This document shows positions 55,064-64,000 of a DNA stretch of 64,000 nucleotides, one piece after another. Location: positions 48,816 through 112,815 of the forward strand of contig NZ_JBBEBW010000001.1 of assembly GCF_040882185.1 (NCBI RefSeq). The letters are read 5' to 3'. The position numbers and the translations under genes are program-made. The notes beneath the pieces are model-generated. The model was not told where the DNA came from and searched no databases. It saw only the letters and a list, made by a program, of their open reading frames with translations. Positions within the stretch are counted from its first letter, which is position 1. Every line of letters starts with the position of its first letter. The stretch is from Marinobacter sp. Lineage in GTDB: Bacteria; Pseudomonadota; Gammaproteobacteria; Pseudomonadales; Oleiphilaceae.

Positions 55064-55105
55064 TTGATCTGAGTCATTGCAAACGATATTTGATTTCTCC
55101 ATAAT
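55064..55105 (+). promoter_or_regulatory. FNR/Anr-dependent class II promoter of ccoN
   Basis: TTGATctgaGTCAT (2 mismatches from TTGAT-N4-ATCAA) centred at 55070.5, with -10 CATAAT at 55100-55105, consistent with -41.5 geometry. Confidence 0.7.
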
Positions 55106-55147
55106 TGCCGCCCACATCTTTCCCACCCTGAACTCACTGGTAAGGCT

Positions 55148-56581
55148 ATGAGCACAGTAAATTCAAACCTGACATACAACTACAAGGTGATAAGACAATT
55201 TACCATCACAACGGTGGTATGGGGCATTATCGGGATGAGCCTCGGCGTGCTGATAGCAGCGCAGCTTGTGTGGCCAGCCGCTAACCTCGATTTGCCTTTT
55301 ACTCATTTTGGTCGTCTGCGCCCGCTACATACCAACGCCGTCATTTTCGGATTCGGTGGCAGTGCGCTGTTCGCTACCTCCTACTACGTGGTGCAACGAA
55401 CCTGCCAGGCACGGCTGTTTTCGGACGGTCTCGCAGCATTCACGTTCTGGGGCTGGCAACTGGTGATGGTCGCAGCGGTAATCACATTGCCGTTGGGCTA
55501 TACCTCCACCAAGGAATACGCTGAACTGGAATGGCCCATCGATATCCTGATCACCCTGGTCTGGGTGACCTATGCGGTGGTGTTTTTCGGTACCATAACC
55601 AAGCGCAAAATGCCCCATATTTACGTGGCCAACTGGTTCTACGGAGCCTTTATTCTGACGGTTGCTGTGCTGCATATTGGCAATAGCCTCGCCCTGCCCG
55701 TGTCCGCATTCAAATCCTACTCGGTATATAGTGGCGTCACCGATGCCATGATCCAGTGGTGGTACGGTCATAATGCGGTGGGCTTTTTCCTGACTGCCGG
55801 GTTCCTGGGCATGATGTATTATTTTGTGCCTAAACAGGCAGGTCGTCCGGTCTATTCCTATCGTCTGTCCATCGTGCACTTCTGGGCTCTGATCGCTACC
55901 TACGTCTGGGCTGGCGGCCACCACTTGCATTACAGCGCCCTGCCCGACTGGGCTCAAACAGCGGGCATGGTCATGTCTCTGATCCTGCTGGCGCCTTCCT
56001 GGGGCGGTATGATCAACGGCATGATGACGCTCTCCGGTGCCTGGCACAAACTTCGCACCGATCCAATCCTTCGGTTCCTGGTGGTTTCACTGTCGTTCTA
56101 CGGCATGTCGACCTTTGAGGGCCCGATGATGGCGATCAAGACCGTCAACGCGCTGTCTCACAATACTGACTGGACCATCGGCCATGTGCATTCAGGCGCT
56201 CTTGGTTGGGTGGCAATGATTACCATTGGCGCCGTCTATCATCTGGTACCGAAGCTTTGGGGTATCCGGGCCATGTATAGCACGCCACTGATTAACCTGC
56301 ATTTCTGGTTGGCAACCGTAGGCACCGTACTTTACATCGTGGCAATGTGGGTAAACGGCATTATGCAGGGCCTGATGTGGCGCGCGGTAAATAACGACGG
56401 CACTCTCACTTACAGCTTTGTCGAAGCCCTTGAAGCCTCCACACCGGGTTACTTTGTGCGGTTTTTAGGCGGCTTGATTTTCCTCTCAGGCATGCTGGTC
56501 ATGGCCTACAACGTCCGCATGACAATCCGCCAGAAAGATACAGCGGCGCTGGATAATCATGCAATTCAAGCGGCCGGATAG
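55148..56581 (+). CDS. ccoN: cbb3-type cytochrome c oxidase subunit I
   Basis: [44 protein letters not shown]. Confidence 0.97.
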   Translation: MSTVNSNLTYNYKVIRQFTITTVVWGIIGMSLGVLIAAQLVWPAANLDLPFTHFGRLRPLHTNAVIFGFGGSALFATSYYVVQRTCQARLFSDGLAAFTFWGWQLVMVAAVITLPLGYTSTKEYAELEWPIDILITLVWVTYAVVFFGTITKRKMPHIYVANWFYGAFILTVAVLHIGNSLALPVSAFKSYSVYSGVTDAMIQWWYGHNAVGFFLTAGFLGMMYYFVPKQAGRPVYSYRLSIVHFWALIATYVWAGGHHLHYSALPDWAQTAGMVMSLILLAPSWGGMINGMMTLSGAWHKLRTDPILRFLVVSLSFYGMSTFEGPMMAIKTVNALSHNTDWTIGHVHSGALGWVAMITIGAVYHLVPKLWGIRAMYSTPLINLHFWLATVGTVLYIVAMWVNGIMQGLMWRAVNNDGTLTYSFVEALEASTPGYFVRFLGGLIFLSGMLVMAYNVRMTIRQKDTAALDNHAIQAAG

Positions 56582-56592
56582 AGAGAGCAAAG

Positions 56593-57201
56593 ATGAAACA
56601 CGAAACGATTGAGAAGAATATCGGTCTCATGGCCGTGCTGATCATTCTGGTTATCAGTGGCGGGTTCCTGGCTGAAGTCGTGCCGTTGTTCTTTCAGAAA
56701 AGTGTCAATGAACCAGTAGCGGGGCTTGAGCCACTCACCCCTCTGGAGCTTGAAGGCAGAGACATATACATCCGTGAAGGTTGTCACGTGTGCCACACCC
56801 AGATGGTTCGGCCGTTCCGGGCGGAAACCGAGCGCTACGGCCACTATTCGGTCGCCGGAGAATTTGTCTATGAGCATCCCTTCCTGTGGGGCTCCAAGCG
56901 CACCGGTCCTGACCTGGCAAGAGTGGGAGAACGTTACTCCGACTCCTGGCATCGTATGCACCTGTACGACCCCAGGAGTGTCGTCCCGGAATCCAACATG
57001 CCGGGCTTTCCCTGGTTATTCGACAATAAGGTCGACCATACCGACACCGTTGCAAAACTGAAGGTTTTCCAGCGTTTGGGCGTGCCCTATACCGAGGAAG
57101 ACGTCGCAGGCGCAGTCGAAGCTGTCCAGGGCAAGTATGAAATCGAAGCGTTGGTTGCGTACCTGCAACAGCTCGGCACAGTGATTTCAACGAAGCGGTG
57201 A
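56593..57201 (+). CDS. ccoO: cbb3 oxidase subunit II (monoheme)
   Basis: [33 protein letters not shown]. Confidence 0.97.
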   Translation: MKHETIEKNIGLMAVLIILVISGGFLAEVVPLFFQKSVNEPVAGLEPLTPLELEGRDIYIREGCHVCHTQMVRPFRAETERYGHYSVAGEFVYEHPFLWGSKRTGPDLARVGERYSDSWHRMHLYDPRSVVPESNMPGFPWLFDNKVDHTDTVAKLKVFQRLGVPYTEEDVAGAVEAVQGKYEIEALVAYLQQLGTVISTKR

Positions 57202-57206
57202 TTCCT

Positions 57207-57398
57207 ATGGATATAAACGTTCTACGTGGAATACAGACACTTCTGGTGATGATCGCTTTTTTCGGTATCGTCTGGTGGGCGTATAGCTCTCACCGCAAGA
57301 AATCGAACGATGAAGCGGCACATCTGCCGTTCGATGATGATGAAATCGATCAGCGTACCCGGGAACAGGAACAGGACAAGACGGAGAAAAAGCAATGA
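57207..57398 (+). CDS. ccoQ: cbb3 oxidase subunit IV
   Basis: Single TM (FFGIVWWAYS), then AAHLPFDDD; lies between ccoO and ccoP. Confidence 0.9.
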   Translation: MDINVLRGIQTLLVMIAFFGIVWWAYSSHRKKSNDEAAHLPFDDDEIDQRTREQEQDKTEKKQ

Positions 57399-58285
57399 GT
57401 ACCTTCTGGAGCCTATGGATCTCGGTGATCACTCTGGGTACCATTTTTGCTTGCTGGTGGCTGCTTTGGGCAACCCGAAAAGGCCAGAGCACAGACCAGG
57501 AAACCGACCGGACCACCGGCCATTCCTTTGATGGTATTGAGGAACTTGATAATCCACTCCCAAAATGGTGGTTCTATCTGTTTGTCGGCACCTGCATCTT
57601 CGCTCTTGGTTATCTGGCCCTGTATCCCGGCCTTGGCAACTTTCAGGGCTTTCTGGGCTGGTCGCAACATTCACAGTGGCAGGAAGAAGTTCAGGTGGCT
57701 GATGCCAAATACAGCGAGATCTATGCCCAGTTTGGCAGCGTTCCGGTAGAGGAACTCGCCGAAAATGGCAGTGCCATGCAAATGGGGCAGCGGCTGTTTT
57801 CCAATAATTGTGCGGTCTGTCACGGCTCAGCAGCGCGAGGGGCGATCGGGTTCCCCAACCTGACCGACGAGGCGTGGCTTTATGGTGGTGAACCTGAGGA
57901 TATCCTTCATACGCTCAATAATGGACGTCAGGGCAACATGCCAGCCAAAGGTTTCATGCCGGCCATGAACTCAGCACAGGTCGACCAGGTTGTTAACTAC
58001 GTACTGAGTTTTAGTGGTCGTGAAAAAGATGAAGCAGCCGCTGAAGCAGGTAAAGACGTCTATGCCCAGGGATGCGCTGGATGCCACGGCCCTGAGGCGA
58101 AAGGCAACCCATCCATGGGCGCACCCAATCTGACCGATGACGCCTGGCTCTATGGCAGCACCTACGAATGGATTGAGGAAACCGTGCTGTACGGTCGGCA
58201 AAACAACATGCCGAAACAAAGTGAACGTCTCAGCAGCGATCAGATTCAGATTCTCGCTGCCTACGTATACAGTTTGTCGAACTGA
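57395..58285 (+). CDS. ccoP: cbb3 oxidase subunit III (diheme)
   Basis: GHSFDGIEELDNPLPKWW, CAVCH and CAGCH heme motifs. Confidence 0.97.
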   Translation: MSTFWSLWISVITLGTIFACWWLLWATRKGQSTDQETDRTTGHSFDGIEELDNPLPKWWFYLFVGTCIFALGYLALYPGLGNFQGFLGWSQHSQWQEEVQVADAKYSEIYAQFGSVPVEELAENGSAMQMGQRLFSNNCAVCHGSAARGAIGFPNLTDEAWLYGGEPEDILHTLNNGRQGNMPAKGFMPAMNSAQVDQVVNYVLSFSGREKDEAAAEAGKDVYAQGCAGCHGPEAKGNPSMGAPNLTDDAWLYGSTYEWIEETVLYGRQNNMPKQSERLSSDQIQILAAYVYSLSN

Positions 58286-59682
58286 TGGAGGTGTACCCCT
58301 CCAACAAAAACAATAAAATCGAGACGGTAGAACTTTACGCCAGCCGCAAGAAAATATATGTGAAGGAAGTGCACGGCCTGTTCCAGAAGATTCGTACGGT
58401 GAGTCTCTGGGCGCTGATGGGCATGTACTTCCTGTTTTGCTGGGTCTCCATAGATGGCCAGCCGCTGATTTATTTTGATTTGCCAGGACGGGAATTTCAC
58501 CTGTTCGGTGCCACGTTCTTCCCCAAAGACTTCATTCTGTTGTCAGGCATGCTGATCATTGCAGCGTTCGGGCTGTTTTTCATCACCACCATGTTTGGCC
58601 GGGTCTGGTGCGGTTACACCTGCCCCCAAACGGTCTGGACCTTCATCTTCATGTGGGTAGAGGAGCGCATCGAAGGTAGCCGTAACCGTCGCATGAAGCT
58701 GGACAAATCCCCCCGCTCCACTGAGAAAATGATCAAGAAGGTCCTGAAGCACGCCGTATGGCTGCTGATTGCTTTCGCAACGGGTCTTACCTTTATCGGT
58801 TATTTTTATCCGGTCCGGGATCTGAGTATTGATCTGTTTACCCTTGCCGCTAACGGCTGGGCGTATTTCTGGGTGGGTTTCTTTACGGTTGCCACTTATA
58901 TGAATGCAGGCTGGCTGCGGGAACAGGTTTGTCTGTATATGTGCCCTTACGCCCGTTTTCAATCGGTCATGTTCGATCAGAACACCCGCACGGTGTCCTA
59001 TGATCCCCGCCGGGGGGAGCCCCGGGGCGGACGAAAAAAAGACGTTAACCCGGCAGAGGCAGGTTTGGGAGACTGCATTGATTGCGGCCTGTGTGTACAG
59101 GTCTGCCCTACCGGCATCGATATCCGGGATGGACTCCAATATGAGTGTATCGGCTGCGCCCTTTGCATCGATGCCTGCGATGATGTCATGGACAAAATGG
59201 ATTATCCGAGGGGCCTGATTCGTTACGCGACTGAGAATGAACTTGAAGGCATGCCGTCCAGGTTCCTGCGGCCGAGAACATTTGGCTATGGCGCAGTCCT
59301 GATACTAATGGTGGCAGCTCTCGTGTATACCCTGGCGACCCGCGTGCCAGCACAACTCGATGTGTTGCGTGACCGGGGCTCGCTGTTTAACTACAACGGG
59401 CGCGGGCTGGTGGAGAACTCATACACGCTGAAGATTGCCAACCTGTCCGAAGTAAGCCAAAGCTTTAGCCTGAATGTTACGGGGATTGAAACCGCCAATA
59501 TCGTGACAGCAACAGACTTTTCAGTGGACAGTGGCGACAACCTCTCCATACCGACCGTTGTGGAAGTAGACCCGGAAGCTCTTGAACAAAGCAACACCGT
59601 GCTGACGTTCCGGATTGAGTCCACGGCCGGCGAACCACTGGTCATTGAAACTGAAAGCCGATTCCTGGGTCCAAACCGTTAA
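58285..59682 (+). CDS. ccoG: Cytochrome c oxidase accessory ferredoxin-like protein (CcoG/FixG)
   Basis: GRVWCGYTCPQT, REQVCLYMCPY, CIDCGLCVQVCP, CIGCALCIDAC. Confidence 0.95.
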   Translation: MEVYPSNKNNKIETVELYASRKKIYVKEVHGLFQKIRTVSLWALMGMYFLFCWVSIDGQPLIYFDLPGREFHLFGATFFPKDFILLSGMLIIAAFGLFFITTMFGRVWCGYTCPQTVWTFIFMWVEERIEGSRNRRMKLDKSPRSTEKMIKKVLKHAVWLLIAFATGLTFIGYFYPVRDLSIDLFTLAANGWAYFWVGFFTVATYMNAGWLREQVCLYMCPYARFQSVMFDQNTRTVSYDPRRGEPRGGRKKDVNPAEAGLGDCIDCGLCVQVCPTGIDIRDGLQYECIGCALCIDACDDVMDKMDYPRGLIRYATENELEGMPSRFLRPRTFGYGAVLILMVAALVYTLATRVPAQLDVLRDRGSLFNYNGRGLVENSYTLKIANLSEVSQSFSLNVTGIETANIVTATDFSVDSGDNLSIPTVVEVDPEALEQSNTVLTFRIESTAGEPLVIETESRFLGPNR

Positions 59683-59727
59683 AACCGGGGCTGCAAGCGA
59701 CCTTATCAAGAGAGCAAGAGATTGATC

Positions 59728-60252
59728 ATGACTGACGCGAATGACGCAAACAACGTAGCACCCTGGCATCACCAACTCTGGTTCTGGTTTCTGCTGATCT
59801 TCCCCGGTATGTCTATTATCTGGTGCACAATAGCGATTTCAGTTGCTCTGAATTCAGCTAACGACATGGTTACTGATGACTACTCCAAAGAAGGACGAGG
59901 CATCAATGCTGAGCTGGCGCGGGATACCAAAGCAGCAGACCTTGGCTTGTATGCAGAGCTGGACTTCTCAGGTGAGCGCCTGGAATTGCTGTTGGATAGC
60001 AGCTCCGGAGAGCAGCGTTTTCCCTACCTGATCCTCAATCTGTTCCACCCCACCCTGGCGGAAAGGGATCGCACCATTCAACTGCAGCCTACTTCCGGTG
60101 GACGCTATTCCGCCTCCCTTCCAAAAGGCCTGGACGGACGCTGGTATCTTGACCTGCGGGGCCCGGAAAACCAGTGGCGGCTCAAAGGTGAGACAAATCT
60201 GCCTTCCAGCCACCCACTGGAGCTCAGCGCCGGAAGCATAGGTCAGGGGTGA
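59728..60252 (+). CDS. ccoH: FixH-family protein
   Basis: PWHHQLWFWFLLIFP TM, DDYSKEG.GIN, FHPTLAERD, GRWYL. Confidence 0.88.
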   Translation: MTDANDANNVAPWHHQLWFWFLLIFPGMSIIWCTIAISVALNSANDMVTDDYSKEGRGINAELARDTKAADLGLYAELDFSGERLELLLDSSSGEQRFPYLILNLFHPTLAERDRTIQLQPTSGGRYSASLPKGLDGRWYLDLRGPENQWRLKGETNLPSSHPLELSAGSIGQG

Positions 60253-62720
60253 CCCAATCGTCGTGTTTTCATTGCGCAGAGCCGGTTCTCGCCAACCCCG
60301 CAATAACTCGGGTACTTGACGGCGAAACCCGTGCATTCTGCTGTCATGGCTGCAAAGCGGTGTGTGAAACCATAACGGCCGAAGGGCTCGCCGGGTTTTA
60401 CAGCCACCGCACGGAGCCTGCGGTTACCCCTAAAGCGTTAACCGCGTCGGAACTGCAAAGGATTCGGGAACTGGACCACAGGCTGGTGCAGGAGGCCTTC
60501 GTAGTTCCTGTGAAGGCCGGGCTGGAAGCCCAGTTGCTGATCGAGGGCATCACCTGCGCAGCCTGCATCTGGCTCCTGGAAAACCATCTGACATTGCAAC
60601 CTGGCGTCATCGAATTTACCGTCAACCACACCACGCAACGAGCACGACTGGTTTGGTCGCCGGATCAGGCGCAACTGAGCGACCTTCTGATCGCAGTTCA
60701 CACATTGGGCTATTCCGCCCGGCCGTATCAAGCGGATGAAGCAGAAAAAGCTCTGCAAACAGAAAAACGCAAAGCCATCATTCGCCTTTGCGTTGCGGGT
60801 CTTGGCACCATGCAGAGCATGATGCTTGCGTTCCCCCTGTATTTTGAGCTCATCAACGATCTTTCCGAAGAGTTCATCCAGTTGTTCAGGTGGTTCAGCC
60901 TTCTGGTGGCAACTCCTGTGGTGCTGTACAGCGCCCGACCCTTTTTCAGTAATGCCCTGAGAGATTTCAGAAGTCGTCATATGACCATGGACGTGCCGGT
61001 GGCTGTGGCCATCGGGCTGGCGTTTGCCGCCAGTACCTGGGTGACGGTATTCGGTGGCGAGGAGGTATATTTCGAATCGGTCTGCATGTTCACTTTTTTC
61101 CTCTCCCTGGGACGCTATATTGAAATGCAGGCCCGCTATCGCGCTGGGCTCACTGGCAATGCCATGGGGGTGCATCAGCCTGCCGTTGCAACTTTGAGAC
61201 GAGAGGGTGCCGAGGACATCGTACCGGTTCATACCCTCAAGCCTGGCGACAGAATCACCGTCAAACCGGGAGAAACCATTCCTGTAGATGGCACCATAGT
61301 GGAGGGCCGATCCACGCTTAATGAAGCGGCTTTGACCGGTGAATACCTGCCCGAAACCCGGCATCCCGGGGATACCGCTCATGCCGGGAGCATTAACGGC
61401 GAAGGCCCGCTGCTGCTGGAAGTCACGGGAGTGGGTGCCCAAACCCGTCTGTCGGGTATTCTGCGAATTCTTGATCGCGTCCAGGCTGAAAAACCACCCG
61501 TTGCCCGTACCGCTGATCGCATCGCCGGGGTATTTGTCAGCCGGGTACTGATTATCGCGCCGCTGGTGTGGCTGGGGTGGTGGTATTTCGGCGCTGACAA
61601 CGCGTTCGATATTACGCTTTCTGTTCTGGTGGTTACCTGTCCCTGCGCGCTGTCACTCGCCACGCCGACCGCGATTACCAGTGCGACGTTAAGGCTGAGA
61701 AAGCTCGGGTTCCTGCCTACACGCGGCCATACCCTTGAGTCCCTTAGTACAGTTGATACCGTGGTGTTCGATAAAACCGGTACCCTGACCCGTGGCGAAC
61801 TTACTCTCATTGAGACTCATACCTTCACCAGCCTTGACCAGCAAGCCTGCCTTGAATTGGCAGCCGGACTGGAAAAGGCCTCTGAACATCCGATCGCCGG
61901 GGTATTCGCCGGTCTCCGGCAGCATCCGATGGAGGCAATAGATAACCACGTAGGCGGTGGCTTGCAGGGCAGTACCGAAGGTCGGACATTCTTTATTGGC
62001 CATGCTGACTTTATAAGATCACGGGTGGCTTGTCCTCAGCCGGACCATACTTCCGGTGATGGCATTGAAGTCTGGCTGGCCACTGAGCATGAATGGCTGG
62101 CGTGTTTTTCACTGGACGACCAGCTCCGTGAAGACGCACTTCAAACGGTTTCTGATTTCAGGAGGGCCGGGATGAAGACTGTGTTACTGAGCGGGGATCG
62201 CTCCAACCATGTTGCCCGGATCGCGGCTGAACTCGGAATCGACGAAGCCATCGGACAATCCTCACCCGAACAAAAACTGGGCTATCTGAAAATGCTTCAA
62301 AGCGACGGGCATACGGTCATGATGGTCGGCGACGGCCTGAATGACTTACCCTCCATGGCCGGAGCGGGGGTCTCCGTTGCTATGGCATCCGCTGCCGACC
62401 TGACCCGGCTCAGGGCAGATGCGGTGTTGTTAAACGGTCAGTTGCGGCAATTAGTGGCAGCCACCGAAGCTGGCAAACAGACGCGACGGGTTATTCGCCA
62501 GAACATGGCATGGGCATTCGGCTACAACCTTTGCGCCTTACCTGTGGCCGCCGCTGGCCTCGTACCACCCTGGCTGGCCGCCATCGGCATGTCCCTGAGT
62601 TCCTTGCTGGTGGTGTTGAATGCCCTGCGCCTGAACAGAAACCAGGAGCGAAACCAGGACCGACCGGATGATCGGGGCAGAACGAGAACAGCACCGGTTG
62701 GCGCCCATCCAACAGCCTGA
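60249..62720 (+). CDS. ccoI: Cu-transporting P1B-type ATPase (CcoI/FixI)
   Basis: CFHC...CCHGC N-terminus, GITCAAC, TGE, CPC, DKTGT, GDGLND. Confidence 0.95.
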   Translation: MTQSSCFHCAEPVLANPAITRVLDGETRAFCCHGCKAVCETITAEGLAGFYSHRTEPAVTPKALTASELQRIRELDHRLVQEAFVVPVKAGLEAQLLIEGITCAACIWLLENHLTLQPGVIEFTVNHTTQRARLVWSPDQAQLSDLLIAVHTLGYSARPYQADEAEKALQTEKRKAIIRLCVAGLGTMQSMMLAFPLYFELINDLSEEFIQLFRWFSLLVATPVVLYSARPFFSNALRDFRSRHMTMDVPVAVAIGLAFAASTWVTVFGGEEVYFESVCMFTFFLSLGRYIEMQARYRAGLTGNAMGVHQPAVATLRREGAEDIVPVHTLKPGDRITVKPGETIPVDGTIVEGRSTLNEAALTGEYLPETRHPGDTAHAGSINGEGPLLLEVTGVGAQTRLSGILRILDRVQAEKPPVARTADRIAGVFVSRVLIIAPLVWLGWWYFGADNAFDITLSVLVVTCPCALSLATPTAITSATLRLRKLGFLPTRGHTLESLSTVDTVVFDKTGTLTRGELTLIETHTFTSLDQQACLELAAGLEKASEHPIAGVFAGLRQHPMEAIDNHVGGGLQGSTEGRTFFIGHADFIRSRVACPQPDHTSGDGIEVWLATEHEWLACFSLDDQLREDALQTVSDFRRAGMKTVLLSGDRSNHVARIAAELGIDEAIGQSSPEQKLGYLKMLQSDGHTVMMVGDGLNDLPSMAGAGVSVAMASAADLTRLRADAVLLNGQLRQLVAATEAGKQTRRVIRQNMAWAFGYNLCALPVAAAGLVPPWLAAIGMSLSSLLVVLNALRLNRNQERNQDRPDDRGRTRTAPVGAHPTA

Positions 62721-62759
62721 TACGGTATTAATAGCGATGAATCAACCAGAGGTGTCACC

Positions 62760-63041
62760 GTGGAAATAGTATTGATACTGGTGCCGGTCACTTTGGTGCT
62801 TGTGGCGCTGGGCATATTGCTGTTTTCCTGGGCCGTGAAAAACGGCCAGTACGATGACCTCGATGGGCCGGCACATCGCATTCTGTACGACGATGATAAA
62901 GACATGATTCCGAAAGATGCCCGCCAGAACCTGACCGAAGCAGAAAAGCAGGTGTCGCCCGGGTCAGATGAAAACGTAGCGAGGCCTGCCCATAAAAATA
63001 CTCCCTCCGACAAAAACGCCAGGCCGGATGCGCCCCGTTGA
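62760..63041 (+). CDS. ccoS: cbb3 oxidase assembly protein
   Basis: TM, then WAVKNGQYDDLDGPAHRILYDDD, with a long polar tail. Confidence 0.92.
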   Translation: MEIVLILVPVTLVLVALGILLFSWAVKNGQYDDLDGPAHRILYDDDKDMIPKDARQNLTEAEKQVSPGSDENVARPAHKNTPSDKNARPDAPR

Positions 63042-63733
63042 TGGCAGCAGACCTTTACCTCAGTTATTCCAGCGCTTTTCTGATCGGCTTTCTGGGCAGC
63101 ACCCATTGTCTTGGTATGTGCGGTGGTATCAGCGCTTCACTCTCCATGGCGTTACCGGTAGGCCCCGGATTCCGCTTGCGTCAGACGTTGATGCTGCTGG
63201 CCTTCAACGGTGGACGTATTGGCAGCTACATTGTGCTGGCGTCTCTGGTCGCAGTGTTGAGCACTCAGGCGGTCGATAGTTGGGCTCATCTTGGCGGCCT
63301 TTTACGTACGCTGGCGGGTTTGCTGTTAATCGGTATGGGGCTGGCCATGGGTCAGTGGTGGCAAGGTATTCGGCATATAGAACGGTTGGGCGCCCCACTC
63401 TGGCAAAAGCTCTCGCCCCTGACCCGGCATTTTATCCCGGTGAAACACGCCGGCCAGGCGTTCGCCCTTGGCACACTCTGGGGCTGGTTGCCTTGCGGCC
63501 TGGTATACAGCACGCTTGGCTGGGCTGCATTGCAACCGACGGTCGGTACGGCTGCCCTGACGATGCTGTGTTTCGGACTGGGCACGCTGCCCTCAATGTT
63601 GGCTACCGGTTATGCCGCAAGCTGGATAAAGCACCTCCGCACCCAACGCTATTTTCGCCAGCTTGCTGGTCTGCTATTGATCGGCTTCGGGCTGTGGACC
63701 ATTCCATTGGGGCATTGGCTGGTCGGGCACTGA
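63041..63733 (+). CDS. DsbD_2 / sulfite exporter TauE-SafE family membrane protein (cco-associated)
   Basis: GFLGSTHCLGMCGGI, GRIGSY, WGWLPCGLVYS, FGLGTLP. TGATG overlap with ccoS. Confidence 0.9.
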   Translation: MAADLYLSYSSAFLIGFLGSTHCLGMCGGISASLSMALPVGPGFRLRQTLMLLAFNGGRIGSYIVLASLVAVLSTQAVDSWAHLGGLLRTLAGLLLIGMGLAMGQWWQGIRHIERLGAPLWQKLSPLTRHFIPVKHAGQAFALGTLWGWLPCGLVYSTLGWAALQPTVGTAALTMLCFGLGTLPSMLATGYAASWIKHLRTQRYFRQLAGLLLIGFGLWTIPLGHWLVGH

Positions 63734-63786
63734 TTCGTAACGTGCCGCTCACATCCATAATCGCCTGATCAGACTTATCGCCACGA

Positions 63787-64000
63787 TTAAAGATTCAAGA
63801 CATCCAGCCGGCTGTAATCCGGTTCTTTCTCATCACCGGCAGAGTCGGACGGTTGCGCCGCCGATGATTCTTGACCCAGAGAAAAATCAAACAGAGACGT
63901 ATCCGCAAGGTGGGAAGGCGTCACGTTGCACACGGCACGAAACATGGTTTCAAGCCGTCCGGGATGTTGTTTGTCCCAGCCCTGCAACATGTCCTTGACG
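63787..64000 (-). CDS. ttcA: tRNA 2-thiocytidine biosynthesis protein TtcA, C-terminal part (5' end outside the window)
   Basis: Open to the window edge: [39 protein letters not shown], matching the TtcA C-terminus. Confidence 0.85.
   Translation of the reverse strand, partial: VKDMLQGWDKQHPGRLETMFRAVCNVTPSHLADTSLFDFSLGQESSAAQPSDSAGDEKEPDYSRLDVLNL

Noticed and set aside
62638-62659. GAAACCAGGA repeated with a 12-nt period in the ccoI 3' end
   Set aside because: An in-frame two-copy microduplication in a disordered tail; no array.

Overview
A core-chromosome window from a gammaproteobacterium. The proteins and gene order look Marinobacter-like, with long stretches recalling Pseudomonas synteny; the taxon is inferred, not searched. 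It carries about 64 protein genes: guaB (partial), xseA, a short-chain acyl-CoA synthetase, csp, leuA with a divergent Lrp-family regulator, proS, the comEC-exbBD-msbA-lpxK-ycaR-kdsB-ptp-murB envelope operon, lolD with a single lolC/E-type permease, aguAB-moxR, trxB-aat-bpt-infA, clpS-clpA, cspD, rluE-mnmA-hflD-purB-roxA-GNAT, a LysR, a SagS-like hybrid kinase, gpx, alaA, htpX, pdxB, a DEAD-box helicase, epmC, dsbD, tusA, rlmM, a 7TM-DISM diguanylate cyclase, the complete cbb3 oxidase cluster ccoNOQP-GHIS-dsbD2, and ttcA (partial). I found no rRNA, tRNA, CRISPR array, IS, prophage or defence system, and I cannot support a novel multi-gene system here. The most interesting signal lies below the ORF track: short intergenic gaps hold recognisable relics of deleted genes. 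These are an OhrR/OspR N-terminus (MTDIDVLALDNQLC) behind gpx with its likely operator still present, the N-terminus of a conserved hypothetical between alaA and htpX, the C-terminal His motif of an alpha/beta hydrolase before ccoN, and a possible NudJ fragment before mnmA. Several usual neighbours (DUF58 after moxR, hemN/fnr after the cco cluster) are also absent. Together this suggests deletion-driven erosion or local rearrangement. Family assignments and synteny comparisons are from motif recognition and recall, not database searches.
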